DNA from: an uncultured cyanobacterium
Lineage (GTDB): Bacteria > Cyanobacteriota > Cyanobacteriia > Phormidesmidales > Phormidesmidaceae
Reading direction: 5' to 3'
Assembly (NCBI GenBank): GCA_963793495.1
Contig: CAWCAI010000003.1
Location: forward strand, 626,124 to 690,123
DNA length: 64,000 nt
Shown: in pieces, positions 10,164 to 21,167 of the stretch
How the letters are laid out: each line of letters starts with the position of its first letter
Position numbering within the stretch: the stretch's first letter is position 1
The notes under the pieces: model-generated
What the model saw: the letters and a program-made list of their open reading frames with translations, nothing else
The model's database searches: none
Told to the model about the DNA's origin: nothing
Made by a program: the position numbers and the translations under genes

Positions 10164-11375
10164 ATGCAGACAGGCTGGCGAGTAGGCTCCCTCTTCAACA
10201 TCCCATTATTTATCGACAACTCCTGGTTCCTCATCGTGCTCTTCATTACCTTCACCCAGGGAAATGATCCGAGCCGAGTCGAGCTATTAGGAACGAGTGG
10301 CGCATGGGCAGTTGGCCTGATATATGCGCTGTTGCTCTTTGGCTCAGTTTTACTGCATGAGCTAGGTCATAGCCTGGTGGCACAGTCGCAAGGAATCACC
10401 GTCAAATCAATCAAGCTCTTCTTGTTTGGTGGCGTCGCTTCTATTGAGCGCGAATCCAAGACACCCGGTGGCGCGTTCAAAGTAGCCGCTGCTGGACCGG
10501 CGGTTAGCCTTGTTCTGTTCGTGCTGCTCACTCTACTAGGTGGCACCAGTATCCTACCGCCAGTAGCTGTCGGACTAGTTAAAGAGATAGCGCAGCTCAA
10601 CCTAGTCCTTGCTCTATTCAACCTGCTGCCGGGGCTACCGCTAGATGGTGGTCAGATCTTCAAAGCTGCCGTTTGGAAAATCACGAACAGCCGGACTACG
10701 GGCGTGCGATGGGCGGCCAAATCCGGTCAGGTTGTGGGCTGGGCTGGGCTGGCGTTAGGTGCGATCGCCTTCTCCGTCACTGGTAGTCTACTTGCGGCTC
10801 TTTGGCCAGTTCTCATCGGTCTCTTCATCTTGCGCAATGCTGGTGCCTACAACCGCATGAACACCCTGCAAGAAGAGCTTTCCAAACTCAATACAGGCGA
10901 TGCAGCCGTCCGTGACTTCCGCGTACTCGATGCCAACATGACATTGCGCCAGTTCGCTGACGAATACCTACTCGAAGACAAGAAAGCAGCTCCCGTTTAC
11001 TTCGCATCCTCAGATGGTCGCTATCGAGGAATGGTCACCATCGAAGACTTGCGACAGGTAGAACGCAGCGAGTGGGAATACCGCAACCTGCACAGCATCG
11101 CCCGTCCTCTGCTAGAGATTCCTCACGTTGGCGAAAACACTCCACTGACCGAAGCCATTCAGCTCCTAGAAGACAAGCAGATTTCTCGTCTTACCGTCCT
11201 AACGCCAGCTGATGCCGTTGCCGGTACGCTAGATCGCGGTGACATTGTCCGCTCCGTTGCCAGACAGCTTAAGCTACCGATTACTGAACCTATCATTGAG
11301 AAAATTAAGCAGGATGGCGTTTATCCGGCTGGCCTACAGCTTGGGGCGATCGTCCAGTCAATCGAGAAAGCCTAA
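10164..11375 (+). CDS. Site-2 protease (M50) with CBS domains
   Basis: HELGH zinc motif, FNLLPGLPLDGG, C-terminal CBS pair. Confidence 0.92.
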   Translation: MQTGWRVGSLFNIPLFIDNSWFLIVLFITFTQGNDPSRVELLGTSGAWAVGLIYALLLFGSVLLHELGHSLVAQSQGITVKSIKLFLFGGVASIERESKTPGGAFKVAAAGPAVSLVLFVLLTLLGGTSILPPVAVGLVKEIAQLNLVLALFNLLPGLPLDGGQIFKAAVWKITNSRTTGVRWAAKSGQVVGWAGLALGAIAFSVTGSLLAALWPVLIGLFILRNAGAYNRMNTLQEELSKLNTGDAAVRDFRVLDANMTLRQFADEYLLEDKKAAPVYFASSDGRYRGMVTIEDLRQVERSEWEYRNLHSIARPLLEIPHVGENTPLTEAIQLLEDKQISRLTVLTPADAVAGTLDRGDIVRSVARQLKLPITEPIIEKIKQDGVYPAGLQLGAIVQSIEKA

Positions 11376-11430
11376 AACAAGAAAGCCTGGAATGGACATA
11401 GCCTTCTGAGACATTGCACGGAGTTTTTTG

Positions 11431-12018
11431 ATGACAGTCACCACTCGACAATTCACTTTCGAGGAATACCTGTCGTATGAAGATGGTACCGACACCTGTT
11501 ACGAACTGGTAAACGGGGGGTTAGTTGCTATGAGCTTATGTACTGGGTTACAGGCATTCATCATCAAGTTTCTAGCGGCTCAGATTGCTGCGGTCTTAGC
11601 TGGCTGGGAAGCGAATTATGAGGTTTTCTCTGGATCTGTTGGAGTGCGATCGCCCAGAGGAGGACGCCTGAATACTTCCAGAGTTCCTGATATCACCGTC
11701 CTTCCACTTGAACAGGCAAAGCAGCTACTCAGCCGAGAAGCCGTCATCGGATTTGATGAGCCGCCTTTGCTAGTGATTGAAGTCGTCAGTCCTTCAACAA
11801 AGAAGGAAGATTACAAGGCTAAGTGGTCTGAGTACAGCGTTCGTGATATTCCAGAGTATTGGATAGTCGATCCGCTCATTAATATCATCACCGTCGGCGT
11901 TTTAGAAGATGGAGCGTATACGCCGTACGAATTTCAAGGAACAGAGCTGATTCAATCGCCGAGGCTACCCAGCTTCGATATGACTGCGGAACGGTTGCTC
12001 AGTGCTGGATTATCCTGA
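11431..12018 (+). CDS. Uma2 (DUF820) family endonuclease-fold protein
   Basis: FEEYL, YELVNG, RVPDITV, VIEVVSPST, IPEYWIVDP. Confidence 0.88.
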   Translation: MTVTTRQFTFEEYLSYEDGTDTCYELVNGGLVAMSLCTGLQAFIIKFLAAQIAAVLAGWEANYEVFSGSVGVRSPRGGRLNTSRVPDITVLPLEQAKQLLSREAVIGFDEPPLLVIEVVSPSTKKEDYKAKWSEYSVRDIPEYWIVDPLINIITVGVLEDGAYTPYEFQGTELIQSPRLPSFDMTAERLLSAGLS

Positions 12019-12737
12019 TTTGCTCGCAGCGCGGACTTGATTTCTGTGGGTGAAAGCGGCTCGGCCATGAAGCTGGTACCAAAGTACGAAACAGCCGCCT
12101 TTACCAAAGCAGCGATGATCCGTGCTGTATCTTGGACAATAGACTGTTGTTTTGATGAGTCAAGCAGCGGTTCTCCAAAGACCGTTTCAAACAGCTCACT
12201 ATCTGGCTGCAATCGCATAGAGCCATGCTGCAACACGCAGCCCTCTCGATAGACTTGAGCGCTGCCGATGAGCTTGTAGCCATCGTTCGTCACTAGATCG
12301 GCGGCGGTAGCAGTGCCAAAACAGTTTGGATTCTTGATGTATCCTCGTCCGGCATTGCCAAAGCTGAGATCGACGCCTAGCTCCCGCCAGCCCTCGATCA
12401 AAAACTGGCAGAGCTGGCGATATGTCTCTTTCCGCGAGTCTTTGTAGCCGGAAGTCACCAGAGCATACGTCAAATCACCCTGATGCAAAACGGCTCTACC
12501 GCCCGTAGGTCGACGCACGATATCTACAGGCTGACTTTTGTAGCGCAAATTGTTCCAATGGTCTGGAAACTGGCGCTGATGGTAGCCAAGGGAAATGGTG
12601 GGCGATCGCCACGTATAAAACCGTAAGCACGATGGCTGTAATCCTCTCACATGCTGGTCTAGCAGCCAGCTATCGACTGCCATTTGCTCAGCGCCCGTCG
12701 CGCTCATCAGCGGCATCATTCGCCAGGGCTTGGTCAC
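11952..12737 (-). CDS. Lipoate-protein ligase A / octanoyltransferase family protein
   Basis: QMAVD, LRFYTW..PTISLGYHQ, VRRPTGGRAVLH, KLIGSAQ, LQHGS. Confidence 0.88.
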   Translation of the reverse strand: MTKPWRMMPLMSATGAEQMAVDSWLLDQHVRGLQPSCLRFYTWRSPTISLGYHQRQFPDHWNNLRYKSQPVDIVRRPTGGRAVLHQGDLTYALVTSGYKDSRKETYRQLCQFLIEGWRELGVDLSFGNAGRGYIKNPNCFGTATAADLVTNDGYKLIGSAQVYREGCVLQHGSMRLQPDSELFETVFGEPLLDSSKQQSIVQDTARIIAALVKAAVSYFGTSFMAEPLSPTEIKSALRANQDNPALSNRSAVISKLGSLGD

Positions 12738-12742
12738 GAGCC

Positions 12743-13219
12743 TTAGGCGGCGGGATAGTTTTTCAGCAGTTCTTCATCATTGTCATCTGCGATAGAAGCC
12801 ACGATCGTCATCAGCCGAGAAATCTCACTGGGATTGATATCCATCAGCGTTCGCGCTGAGAATACGACGACACTATCGTCCAATAGGCCAAAACAAGCTT
12901 CGAACGTATTGCCGCAGTTCAGCTCTAGCAGCTTGCGCATCATGTCAGACTCGTTCTGCACTGGTAGCTTATGCACTGGCGACCAAACCGTTAGCGTGTC
13001 ATCATCAGTCTCACCCGTCAGCTGGACGAACACATCCACAGAGCCATACTTAAACTTCCACAGATGACCATCGTCAGAATGGTTCACCATGGCTGTTCCT
13101 TCCTGCTCCAAACTAGAAATGACCGTTTCAATCACTTCTAAAGGAGTAGAGCCCATAGCGTCTTCCTCGTCGGAATTGCTTTGAAGGTCTGCAAGCGTTT
13201 CAGCAGGCGCAGTAGTCAT
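12743..13219 (-). CDS. YbjN / CesT-like chaperone domain protein
   Basis: WKFKYGSVDVFVQL...EISRLMTIVASIADDND, recognised cyanobacterial YbjN-like family. Confidence 0.7.
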   Translation of the reverse strand: MTTAPAETLADLQSNSDEEDAMGSTPLEVIETVISSLEQEGTAMVNHSDDGHLWKFKYGSVDVFVQLTGETDDDTLTVWSPVHKLPVQNESDMMRKLLELNCGNTFEACFGLLDDSVVVFSARTLMDINPSEISRLMTIVASIADDNDEELLKNYPAA

Positions 13220-13330
13220 ATCAATAACTTCAAGTACGAACGGTTATCACAACTCTATCGCTGGTCTTCCGAAAAGGAAAGCCATCTCTTTCTTATTAGT
13301 TAGTCTCAGCAACTATCTGCAATCGCTAGT

Positions 13331-14071
13331 CTAATAGTTCGCGAATCCAGGCTGATGGCGAATTAAGCTCAAAAACTCTTCGCGGGTCTTGATGTCTTCA
13401 TCAAATACGCCGACCATAGCGCTGGTCACAGTCCACGATCCCGGCTTTTGCACCCCCCGCATAGCCATACACATATGGCTCGCTTCCATCACCACTGCCA
13501 CCCCTAGAGGATCGAGAACTTCCTGAACGGCTTCGGCGATCTGACGATTCAGGCGCTCTTGCACCTGTAGCCGACGAGCATACATTTCCACAATGCGGGC
13601 TAGTTTACTCAAGCCGACTACGCGCTGGTTGGGAATATAGGCAACGTGAGCGCGGCCCATGAAGGGCAGCATGTGATGCTCACACAGACTAAAAAAGTTG
13701 ATGTCACGAACCAGCACCATCTCATTGTGACCCTCGTCAAAGATGGCATCGTTAACGATGGTTTCTAGTGACTGCGAATAGCCTTGGGTCAAGAAGCGCA
13801 TGGCTTCAGCAACGCGGTGAGGCGTTTTGAGTAGACCTTCGCGTTCTGGATCTTCGCCGACAGCGAGTAGCATCGTGCGCACGGCGTCCATCATGGGCCC
13901 ATTGTCTTCTTCGGGGCTGATTGTAGAAGGGCGACGAGGAATCGCTTTGCCATGCTTGGTCTGGCGATCGGGACGCACCTGATGGGCAGAGATCTTGCTG
14001 GCGCTATTGCCAAGTACGCTTTCGCTGAGGTCGCGGCCGTTTGTGCCTGGAATCCCGTCGGAGATAGTCAT
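13331..14071 (-). CDS. folE: GTP cyclohydrolase I
   Basis: [46 protein letters not shown]. Confidence 0.96.
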   Translation of the reverse strand: MTISDGIPGTNGRDLSESVLGNSASKISAHQVRPDRQTKHGKAIPRRPSTISPEEDNGPMMDAVRTMLLAVGEDPEREGLLKTPHRVAEAMRFLTQGYSQSLETIVNDAIFDEGHNEMVLVRDINFFSLCEHHMLPFMGRAHVAYIPNQRVVGLSKLARIVEMYARRLQVQERLNRQIAEAVQEVLDPLGVAVVMEASHMCMAMRGVQKPGSWTVTSAMVGVFDEDIKTREEFLSLIRHQPGFANY

Positions 14072-14169
14072 AAAAAAGGTCCTCTTTAAGCCCGAAGTGA
14101 AATCAAGTAGTGAAATTTAACAGTTGGATATGACGTTGGTTTGGAAGACTAACGTCAACGAACGAGTCG

Positions 14170-14958
14170 TCACATAGCTCCCGCACTCGGTTGAATCGTC
14201 AGGTGAGAGATGACTGCGCTAGGGGGGAGCAGGGCAATGTTTAATATGGTTTGGGCAATAGTCTGTGGAGTGAGCATGGCAGAACGGTCAAAGTCGGCTT
14301 GAACAGTGTCGGTATTCCAGATAGGTGTGTCGACGGAGCCTGGTGACAATATGGTGACCCGAATACCGTTGGCGGACTCTTCAACCGCGATCGCATCCGA
14401 GAGCTGCACCAGCGCCGCCTTACTCACGCCATATGCCCCCCAGTTCGGAAAAGCTTGCTGTGCTGCAATCGAGGCAATATTGATAATCAACCCACTAGAG
14501 CGAGCCCGCATTCCTGGCAGTACCGCCTGCACCATCTGAAAAACGCTGGTCACATTCAGCGCCATTACCCGCTGCCAATCAGCCAGCGGCATTTCACCAA
14601 TGGGGCCGGTATAGCCAATGCCCGCACTGTTGACTAGGATGTCGATTGGGCCGAAACGCGCGATCGCCTCTTCCACCTGTCTCTTCACTTGCTCACAGTC
14701 AGCCAAGTCAATCACCGCTATCTTTGCGTTCACTCCCAACGCAGCCAATTCCTGTGCTATGGCAGATAGTTTAGTCTCTGATCGAGCCACCAACAGGAGA
14801 TCAAACCCCGCCTGGGCAAACGCCACAGCTGTTGCTTCCCCAATTCCGGAGCTGGCCCCGGTAATCAACGCACTGCCGATTGCTGGCCTTGAGTCTTGTT
14901 GTGGGGTTCGACCTGACGAAGAGACTTCCTGATTAGCTGGCATAGTCTGCGAAACCAA
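14170..14958 (-). CDS. Short-chain dehydrogenase/reductase
   Basis: ITGASSGIG, NSAG, YGVSK catalytic YxxxK. Confidence 0.92.
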   Translation of the reverse strand: MVSQTMPANQEVSSSGRTPQQDSRPAIGSALITGASSGIGEATAVAFAQAGFDLLLVARSETKLSAIAQELAALGVNAKIAVIDLADCEQVKRQVEEAIARFGPIDILVNSAGIGYTGPIGEMPLADWQRVMALNVTSVFQMVQAVLPGMRARSSGLIINIASIAAQQAFPNWGAYGVSKAALVQLSDAIAVEESANGIRVTILSPGSVDTPIWNTDTVQADFDRSAMLTPQTIAQTILNIALLPPSAVISHLTIQPSAGAM

Positions 14959-15069
14959 CCAATCGCCTTCTCAGCGATTAGCCGTGAAAGATGAGAAAAA
15001 TTGATGCTACCGTTAATAAATGTTAACCGGTATTCGACCAGAATGGCGACTCAAAGCTCGGCCGAAAGA

Positions 15070-16038
15070 TTAGCCGGAAAATACGCCAATCCGACGGAAC
15101 TTGTCGTAGCGCTGATTGCGGCGCTGCTCTGAGCTCATTTCTAAAAGAACGTTCAGATTCTGCGTTAGCGCCTGCTGCAAAGTATCCGCAGCTTCAATCG
15201 GCGCAGCGTGAGCACCACCAATCGGTTCCGGTAACAGCTGATCGAGAATACCGAGCTGCTTAAGATCCCAGGCAGTGACTTTCAGCGCATCGGCAGCCTG
15301 AGGCGATCGCGCCGCATCTTTCCACAAGATAGACGCGCAGGCTTCTGGGCTCGCCACGTAATAAACCGAGTGCTCAAACATCATCAGGCGATCGCCCACA
15401 CCGATACCCAAAGCCCCACCCGAGCCGCCTTCTCCGATTACAGTGCAGATAATCGGCACATCTAGGCGAAACATTTCGCGCAGGTTGTATGCGATCGCCT
15501 CCCCCTGCCCCATTTCTTCTGCCTCAAACCCTGGCCAAGCGCCCGGTGTATCAATAAAGCTGAAAATCGGCATACCAAAACGATCGGCATGTTCCATCAG
15601 ACGCATTGCCTTTCGATAGCCACCCGGCACTGGCATGCCAAAGTTACGCGCCACGTTGTCTTTGGTGTCGCGCCCTTTTTGATGACCCATCATCATCACC
15701 GGACGACCCTGGAAGCGGGCAATCCCACCGACTAGAGCCAAATCGTCTTTGCCAGATCTGCGATCGCCATGCAGCTCTACCCACTCATCGCTAATCGCCT
15801 GAATATAGTCCAACGTGCTTGGTCTGCGGGGATGGCGCGCCACCTGGATGCGCTGAGCAGGTGAGAGACTCGTAAAAATTTCCTGACGCAGCTGCTGGGC
15901 CCGCGACTCTAGCTGGTGAATCTGGTCGGAGACATCGACATCATTGTCCTCAGCCAGCTCACGAATCTGAGTGATCCGCGACTCCAGCTCAGCTAGCGGC
16001 TTCTCAAAATCCAGTAAAATCGGCCTGCGTTCAGTCAT
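15070..16038 (-). CDS. accA: Acetyl-CoA carboxylase carboxyltransferase alpha subunit (ATG 16038 or 16044)
   Basis: [39 protein letters not shown]. Confidence 0.96.
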   Translation of the reverse strand: MTERRPILLDFEKPLAELESRITQIRELAEDNDVDVSDQIHQLESRAQQLRQEIFTSLSPAQRIQVARHPRRPSTLDYIQAISDEWVELHGDRRSGKDDLALVGGIARFQGRPVMMMGHQKGRDTKDNVARNFGMPVPGGYRKAMRLMEHADRFGMPIFSFIDTPGAWPGFEAEEMGQGEAIAYNLREMFRLDVPIICTVIGEGGSGGALGIGVGDRLMMFEHSVYYVASPEACASILWKDAARSPQAADALKVTAWDLKQLGILDQLLPEPIGGAHAAPIEAADTLQQALTQNLNVLLEMSSEQRRNQRYDKFRRIGVFSG

Positions 16039-16158
16039 TACCATGGGGGTTAAGAGCTCGAGGAAGGGTTCAGTCAGCAGCTGAACCAAGCGCTCAGCCA
16101 ATCATGCAGAATCTAGTAACGGTAGATCTAGCGTATCGCATTTGTAGCGACCACTACA

Positions 16159-17178
16159 TTACGTCAGCAGCGGTTTAAACCCATGCCGTCTAGACGCCTC
16201 ACCGATCAAATCCATCTTCTCTAGCGTGATTTGATTACGGCCCCAAGAGAAATTAGTATGCAGCTTTTCAAACTCCAGCAGCATCGACTCTGCAAAACAG
16301 GCAAACAGCTGACGACCCGGCACGTCCATATTCACGATGTTCATGATGTGCCAGTCGATATCTAGCATATGCTCCACAATGCCACCTTTTAGCACCGTGA
16401 TACCCGGATGAGCAAACGTTACGTCCATGTTCTTGGGATATCCGCCGTCCACCATCAAACACGGTTGCTTCAGCGTGTCTAAATTCACCTCTACCCCCTT
16501 AGGCATACTGGCAACCCAGACTACAACATCCGCTTGAGGCAGCGCTTCGTCTAGTGTCTGGACCCGACCAAACTTTAGCTCTGCTTGCAGATTTTCCAAG
16601 CGCTCTTGATTACGCGCCACTAGCAGCAGATCTTTTACGCCCGTTCTAGCCGTCAGCCAGCGGCAAACAGCGCTGCCAATATCACCCGTTGCACCACACA
16701 CGGCCACTGTTGCCCGCGTTAGATCGATACCGAGCTGGGGGGCGACTTCTTCCACCTGCTTGCAAATCACATAGGCAGTATGCGTGTTGCCAGTAGTAAA
16801 TTTGCTGAAGTCCAGATCCAAATTACGCACGCGCCTGATCTGCTCTAGCTTGAAGTTTTCAAAGATAATAGACGAAAAGCCACCCAAGGCCGTAATGTTG
16901 ATTCCCTCTTTTTGGGCATGGGCCATCGCGTTAAGGATTTTACGAGTAGCCGCTTTGATTCGTCTGTTTGCTAGCATCTCGGGTAAAAAGCAGGACTCGA
17001 CGTATTTTCCTTCGATTGTCTGCCCGGTAGCGCTGACTACTTTGAAATGATCTACAGTTTGCGGTGGGGCGCTACACCAAAAATCTAAGTCCTGCTCTGC
17101 GTATTCGGGGTAGCCAAGCTTGTGCGCAACGGACTTGGCGTGTTCTAGGCTGGTGAGATGACCAATTAAACCAAACAT
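16159..17178 (-). CDS. aar: Long-chain acyl-ACP reductase (alkane pathway)
   Basis: [55 protein letters not shown]. Confidence 0.97.
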   Translation of the reverse strand: MFGLIGHLTSLEHAKSVAHKLGYPEYAEQDLDFWCSAPPQTVDHFKVVSATGQTIEGKYVESCFLPEMLANRRIKAATRKILNAMAHAQKEGINITALGGFSSIIFENFKLEQIRRVRNLDLDFSKFTTGNTHTAYVICKQVEEVAPQLGIDLTRATVAVCGATGDIGSAVCRWLTARTGVKDLLLVARNQERLENLQAELKFGRVQTLDEALPQADVVVWVASMPKGVEVNLDTLKQPCLMVDGGYPKNMDVTFAHPGITVLKGGIVEHMLDIDWHIMNIVNMDVPGRQLFACFAESMLLEFEKLHTNFSWGRNQITLEKMDLIGEASRRHGFKPLLT

Positions 17179-17434
17179 TCAGGAGTTACTAACGTCTTGT
17201 GCGTTAAAAGAAAAAGGATACTTCGTCGTATGCATCCCGTTTTGATTCCATCCCGCTGGTTAGAAGCTTTGGGCACAAAGAGCGCAGCCTCGGAAGGAAA
17301 GCAAAGGAAAGCAATGCTAGAGATCAGTTCTAGAGATAGACAGTGAGTGATGATGGCAAGCAAACTATGGGCGAACAGGCCAAGTGCTGACAGCGGCCCC
17401 ATTGCTGAAGTCGCTGCCAGCACTCATATAAAAG

Positions 17435-18133
17435 CTAAGCTATAGAAGCTAGACCTTGAGCAGATAGCCTCATCACATCACGAGCGCTAAAGCCGATGTT
17501 AGAAAGTGCTTCACCGTAAGTGATCATGAAGTCCTCAATCAGGGCGTCTTTCTCCATGCCTAGAACCGCCGCATCGTCTTCTACCTGGTTCAGCATCTTC
17601 CAGATTAGCGGCAAGTTAGCGCGGTTTGCAGTTTCTAGCTCAGCCTTCGATTCCTCGAAATTCGCCTTCAGCCACTCTTCGCCAAAGTTCAGGTGCATGT
17701 ACTCATCTTTGACAACGCCTTCAGTGATTTTGCGAGCAAAGTCATCGGCTACTGGGATGTAGATGTTGTAAGCAGAGATAGCAAAGGTCTCGATGATCAA
17801 AGACTGAATCAGTAGGCAGGTGACGATCTTGTCGTCGGCTAGAGCTGTTTGAAAATTGTCATGGAGCTGAGCGAAAAACTCTTTGGCAAAGGGCATGTCT
17901 GGAGTGACATTGAGGTTTTTGCCGCAGGCTTGAAACCCTTTCATGTGGCGATTTTCCATGCGAGCGAGCTTGAGTAGCTCTTCCTTTGAGTCGCCGAGAT
18001 GCTCTGATAGGTGCTTGTAGTTGTTATTCGCTTCTAGCTCACCCTCGATTACAATTGCGTTGATGCGACTGTAAGCATCTTTGTAGGTCTCACTTTGGAA
18101 ATCCATTACTGGGCTAACTTCAAGGGTTTGCAT
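17435..18133 (-). CDS. ado: Aldehyde-deformylating oxygenase (alkane pathway)
   Basis: [16 protein letters not shown], diiron motifs ENRH and DEYMH. Confidence 0.97.
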   Translation of the reverse strand: MQTLEVSPVMDFQSETYKDAYSRINAIVIEGELEANNNYKHLSEHLGDSKEELLKLARMENRHMKGFQACGKNLNVTPDMPFAKEFFAQLHDNFQTALADDKIVTCLLIQSLIIETFAISAYNIYIPVADDFARKITEGVVKDEYMHLNFGEEWLKANFEESKAELETANRANLPLIWKMLNQVEDDAAVLGMEKDALIEDFMITYGEALSNIGFSARDVMRLSAQGLASIA

Positions 18134-18368
18134 AGCTGTATTATCCTGGGTTGCATTAAATTTAGTCTGATCTATTAGACCCCTGATTGCGATCGTTCAA
18201 GGGTTCTTAATAGTTCTTACCAATTTGTGTTTCTACTAGCCTATCAGAATCATCCTAGATAAAGAGTAGCCCAGGGTAGGAAATCTGGTATGAGAATCAT
18301 TGATTAGTTGTGACAGTTACGCAAATAGCAGCCGTTCGGCTTGGATCTGACAAGTTTTCTGCTAGTGA

Positions 18369-19502
18369 CTAGGTTGCTGGCACTGACTCCACTATCTCTT
18401 CTATTGCCATTTCATCAGAAAGCATTCTCAATCTTATCTGTCTGGCAGTGGTGCTATTGGTCTCGCCTAGCTGCACTTCGATTAGTTCGCTGCACAGAGG
18501 ACTTAGCGCTGCTAGAAGCGATCGCAAGTTCGGCGTACTTTCTCCACTATCGACAAACACCCGGTCTGAAAGCTTGTTCATCCGCTTCCAGGCGGTGTAT
18601 AGCCTAACGGCGGCTTGCTCCAGCTGAGTTGCCTGATTCATAAGGTCAGCTGTGGAGTTTAGACAGCCGACTCTTAGCGCCTCGTCTAACGCCAGCTCTA
18701 GATTTACCTGGTCAGGGTCTAGGCTCTGTACCTGTCCGGCTGCTTCGATGTAGCGAGATAGGTATCTGGCCTCGGCGGTAACTTGCTTGAGGGTGTCGAC
18801 GTTTGGGTTCTCGTCAATTTCATTTTTAAGGGACTGCTGATGGCTGGGCGGCAGCTTTTGCATTTCCCGGACCATCGGGGTCAGATAGCGAGTTGGGATG
18901 GTTTGGTCGGATACTTTTTTGCGGACGGAGTCAGGCACTAGGTCCGATGTCATAGCGGTCCATTCATCGGTTAGATCGCGAACTTCTTTGCGGGTGATCT
19001 GATCGCCTCGGCGGGCGGCTTCACTGACAATTTGCTGAACTTCTGGGGAGGCCTGGGCGGTCTCGATGAAGGCACGTTTGCTAAATCGATTGACGTCTTG
19101 AGTTTCGATCAGGCCATCTTCTAGCATCTGATCGGCGCTGTTTGCCAGATCGATTAATACATAGGCTTGGCTTTTGCTGACGTCTCTGTCTTTTAGCCAG
19201 TTGAGAAAGCCAGATCCGCTGCCTTTTGACTCCAAAGCTTTGGTATCGGTGTCGCCGCTAGAGGTGCTGTTGGTGCTTTTGGGACCGCCTATTTTTTCGC
19301 GATCGCGCACCGCCCGCAAAATTCGTCCGCGCCAGATGTCAGTTTGCAGATCGAACCGGTCGCACACCTGCCAAGCAACTTCCACCCGCTGATGAAACTC
19401 GTAGTCAGACAGATTGCTATCCGCCGCTGGTACCGCAATCCCTAAATCTACCGACTGATCGGACTCAGAAATATCTACGGTAAATTGCTCGGCGGTTGTC
19501 AT
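18369..19502 (-). CDS. Conserved cyanobacterial hypothetical protein (DUF3102-like N-terminal segment)
   Basis: Long ORF with host-like codon use; GFLNWLKDRDVSKSQAYVLI resembles DUF3102. Confidence 0.65.
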   Translation of the reverse strand: MTTAEQFTVDISESDQSVDLGIAVPAADSNLSDYEFHQRVEVAWQVCDRFDLQTDIWRGRILRAVRDREKIGGPKSTNSTSSGDTDTKALESKGSGSGFLNWLKDRDVSKSQAYVLIDLANSADQMLEDGLIETQDVNRFSKRAFIETAQASPEVQQIVSEAARRGDQITRKEVRDLTDEWTAMTSDLVPDSVRKKVSDQTIPTRYLTPMVREMQKLPPSHQQSLKNEIDENPNVDTLKQVTAEARYLSRYIEAAGQVQSLDPDQVNLELALDEALRVGCLNSTADLMNQATQLEQAAVRLYTAWKRMNKLSDRVFVDSGESTPNLRSLLAALSPLCSELIEVQLGETNSTTARQIRLRMLSDEMAIEEIVESVPAT

Positions 19503-19608
19503 CAAAATACCTTAGCGGAAAAAGAAGCGACCAGAATAGAGAGCGCTCAGTCAAAAAGAAGTCGAATCATTATGACACAGTGCTACCGGCCTATCGAAGC
19601 AGTACTGC

Positions 19609-20109
19609 CTATCGAAACAGCAACGCCACGAGCTGAGCGACAACCCATACAGACAGCGCGGCCATACCGATAACCAGCGCAATGAGCCCTGTAATCACCA
19701 GAATCGAAAACGCTTTATCCGCCGCACGACTAGGCGTAGGCGCAGCCACATGCTTTTCTATCAAGGCCACGTTCTGACTGTTTGCCTTCCACCCGACATC
19801 GAATATATCACCTAGTACTGGCACCGTCCCACTCAGTACATCGAGCAAGATATTGAAGCCCATACGCCCTAATGTTGGCGCAGGCAGTCCCATTTTTGCC
19901 GCCTCAAACACGATATAAACAGAAAGCAGACCAGTCACCACGTCTCCGCCGCCAGGCAACAATCCCAAAATCGGATCGAGGCCCACTCGAATATCTGATC
20001 CAGGAATTGCGATCGCTTTATCTAGAACATGGCTCATCCGCTGCAAGCGCTTAAGCGAAGCGGGCGCTGTACCGGGCTGTTTATAGGGCTTATCTAGACG
20101 CGAAGACAT
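19609..20109 (-). CDS. DUF4112 domain protein
   Basis: LDKAIAIPG...VGLDPILGLLPGGGD...GDIFDVGWKAN. Confidence 0.88.
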   Translation of the reverse strand: MSSRLDKPYKQPGTAPASLKRLQRMSHVLDKAIAIPGSDIRVGLDPILGLLPGGGDVVTGLLSVYIVFEAAKMGLPAPTLGRMGFNILLDVLSGTVPVLGDIFDVGWKANSQNVALIEKHVAAPTPSRAADKAFSILVITGLIALVIGMAALSVWVVAQLVALLFR

Positions 20110-20274
20110 AGCAAGTCGGTTTTAGTATGGGCGGTTAGCTTCGCACAATAGCGTAGCGGACCTTTGTAAATCGTCACTCAGAAGAGAGGCAATGTTAAAG
20201 CCATGTACAAAGTTCTTAAATAATGGTTTAGCCTCCGTTTGCTACGCTAGACGACAAATCATTTTATCCGCATC

Positions 20275-20505
20275 ATGGCAGACCCTACTACTCAAACATG
20301 TCCCATTTGCAGCGTCAAAATTACGGTTGGCGCAGCAGGGGGCGATCGCGTCATCTTCTCCACCGGACCTCAAGGCAGCCGAGCCAAATTATGGGCTAGA
20401 GTCTGTCAATACAACAAAAAGTCTGGATGCATCAACGAGCAGGGGAAGAATGAAACCATCAGCACTGATGATTACTATAAAGACGCTCCTTCTACTTCCA
20501 CTTAA
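20275..20505 (+). CDS. Small conserved Cys-containing hypothetical protein
   Basis: CPIC...GDRVIFSTG...ARVCQY...GCIN. Confidence 0.7.
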   Translation: MADPTTQTCPICSVKITVGAAGGDRVIFSTGPQGSRAKLWARVCQYNKKSGCINEQGKNETISTDDYYKDAPSTST

Positions 20506-20584
20506 CTTCTCATTAAATTCTGGCTCTTAGCAAAACTAGCCGTAACTACTGTCAACTTGATCTAACGCTATTCAGCTAAATTCT

Positions 20585-21025
20585 ATGAAACCAAGTAAAT
20601 TCTTAGCGATCGCAGTTCCGGCTTTTCTATTCACCACTGCTTTTGGCACAGGTAAAGCTTCTGCCGAACTCTACAACCCACCTACTCTAGGTGGACAAGA
20701 AGTCAACGATACCCTTTCTACTAGCGATATTCCTACTGGCCTCGGCGGTTTTGCCAAGGACTACGTTGTCGATTTAGAAGCTGGCGACCAGATCACTGTC
20801 GACGCTATCTCAGAAGAATTTGATACCTTAGTGATGCTGATGGACGCCAACGGTATCACCGTTAGTGAAAACGACGACGGCCCTGACGGCAGCACCAATT
20901 CACTCCTGTTCGCCCGGATCAGTGAAGGTGGTAAGTACACCATCCGCGTTCGCTCCTATGCGGGAGAGGGGTCTGGCCCTTTCTCAATCAAAGTCGCCCG
21001 TCTGCGTCCGGTTGAAGGCTTCTAA
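20585..21025 (+). CDS. Secreted PPC (pre-peptidase C-terminal) domain protein
   Basis: Signal peptide; FDTLVML...ENDDG...NSLL...GKYTIRVRSY. Confidence 0.8.
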   Translation: MKPSKFLAIAVPAFLFTTAFGTGKASAELYNPPTLGGQEVNDTLSTSDIPTGLGGFAKDYVVDLEAGDQITVDAISEEFDTLVMLMDANGITVSENDDGPDGSTNSLLFARISEGGKYTIRVRSYAGEGSGPFSIKVARLRPVEGF

Positions 21026-21167
21026 ACAAAGACAAATCATTCAGACGGGTTGACAATAAAGACATTTCAAGGGGTGGCCTCTCTGCAAAGATGTAGTCGA
21101 ACACCCCAAAAAATGCCTTGCTACCGTTACCCTATTTTGTTAACTTAGATAGGCGCAAAACGCGCAA

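Noticed and set aside
18195-18220. GTTCTTA direct repeat at 10-nt spacing upstream of ado as a regulator site
   Set aside because: Short AT-rich words could be chance, and they match no consensus I can name reliably.
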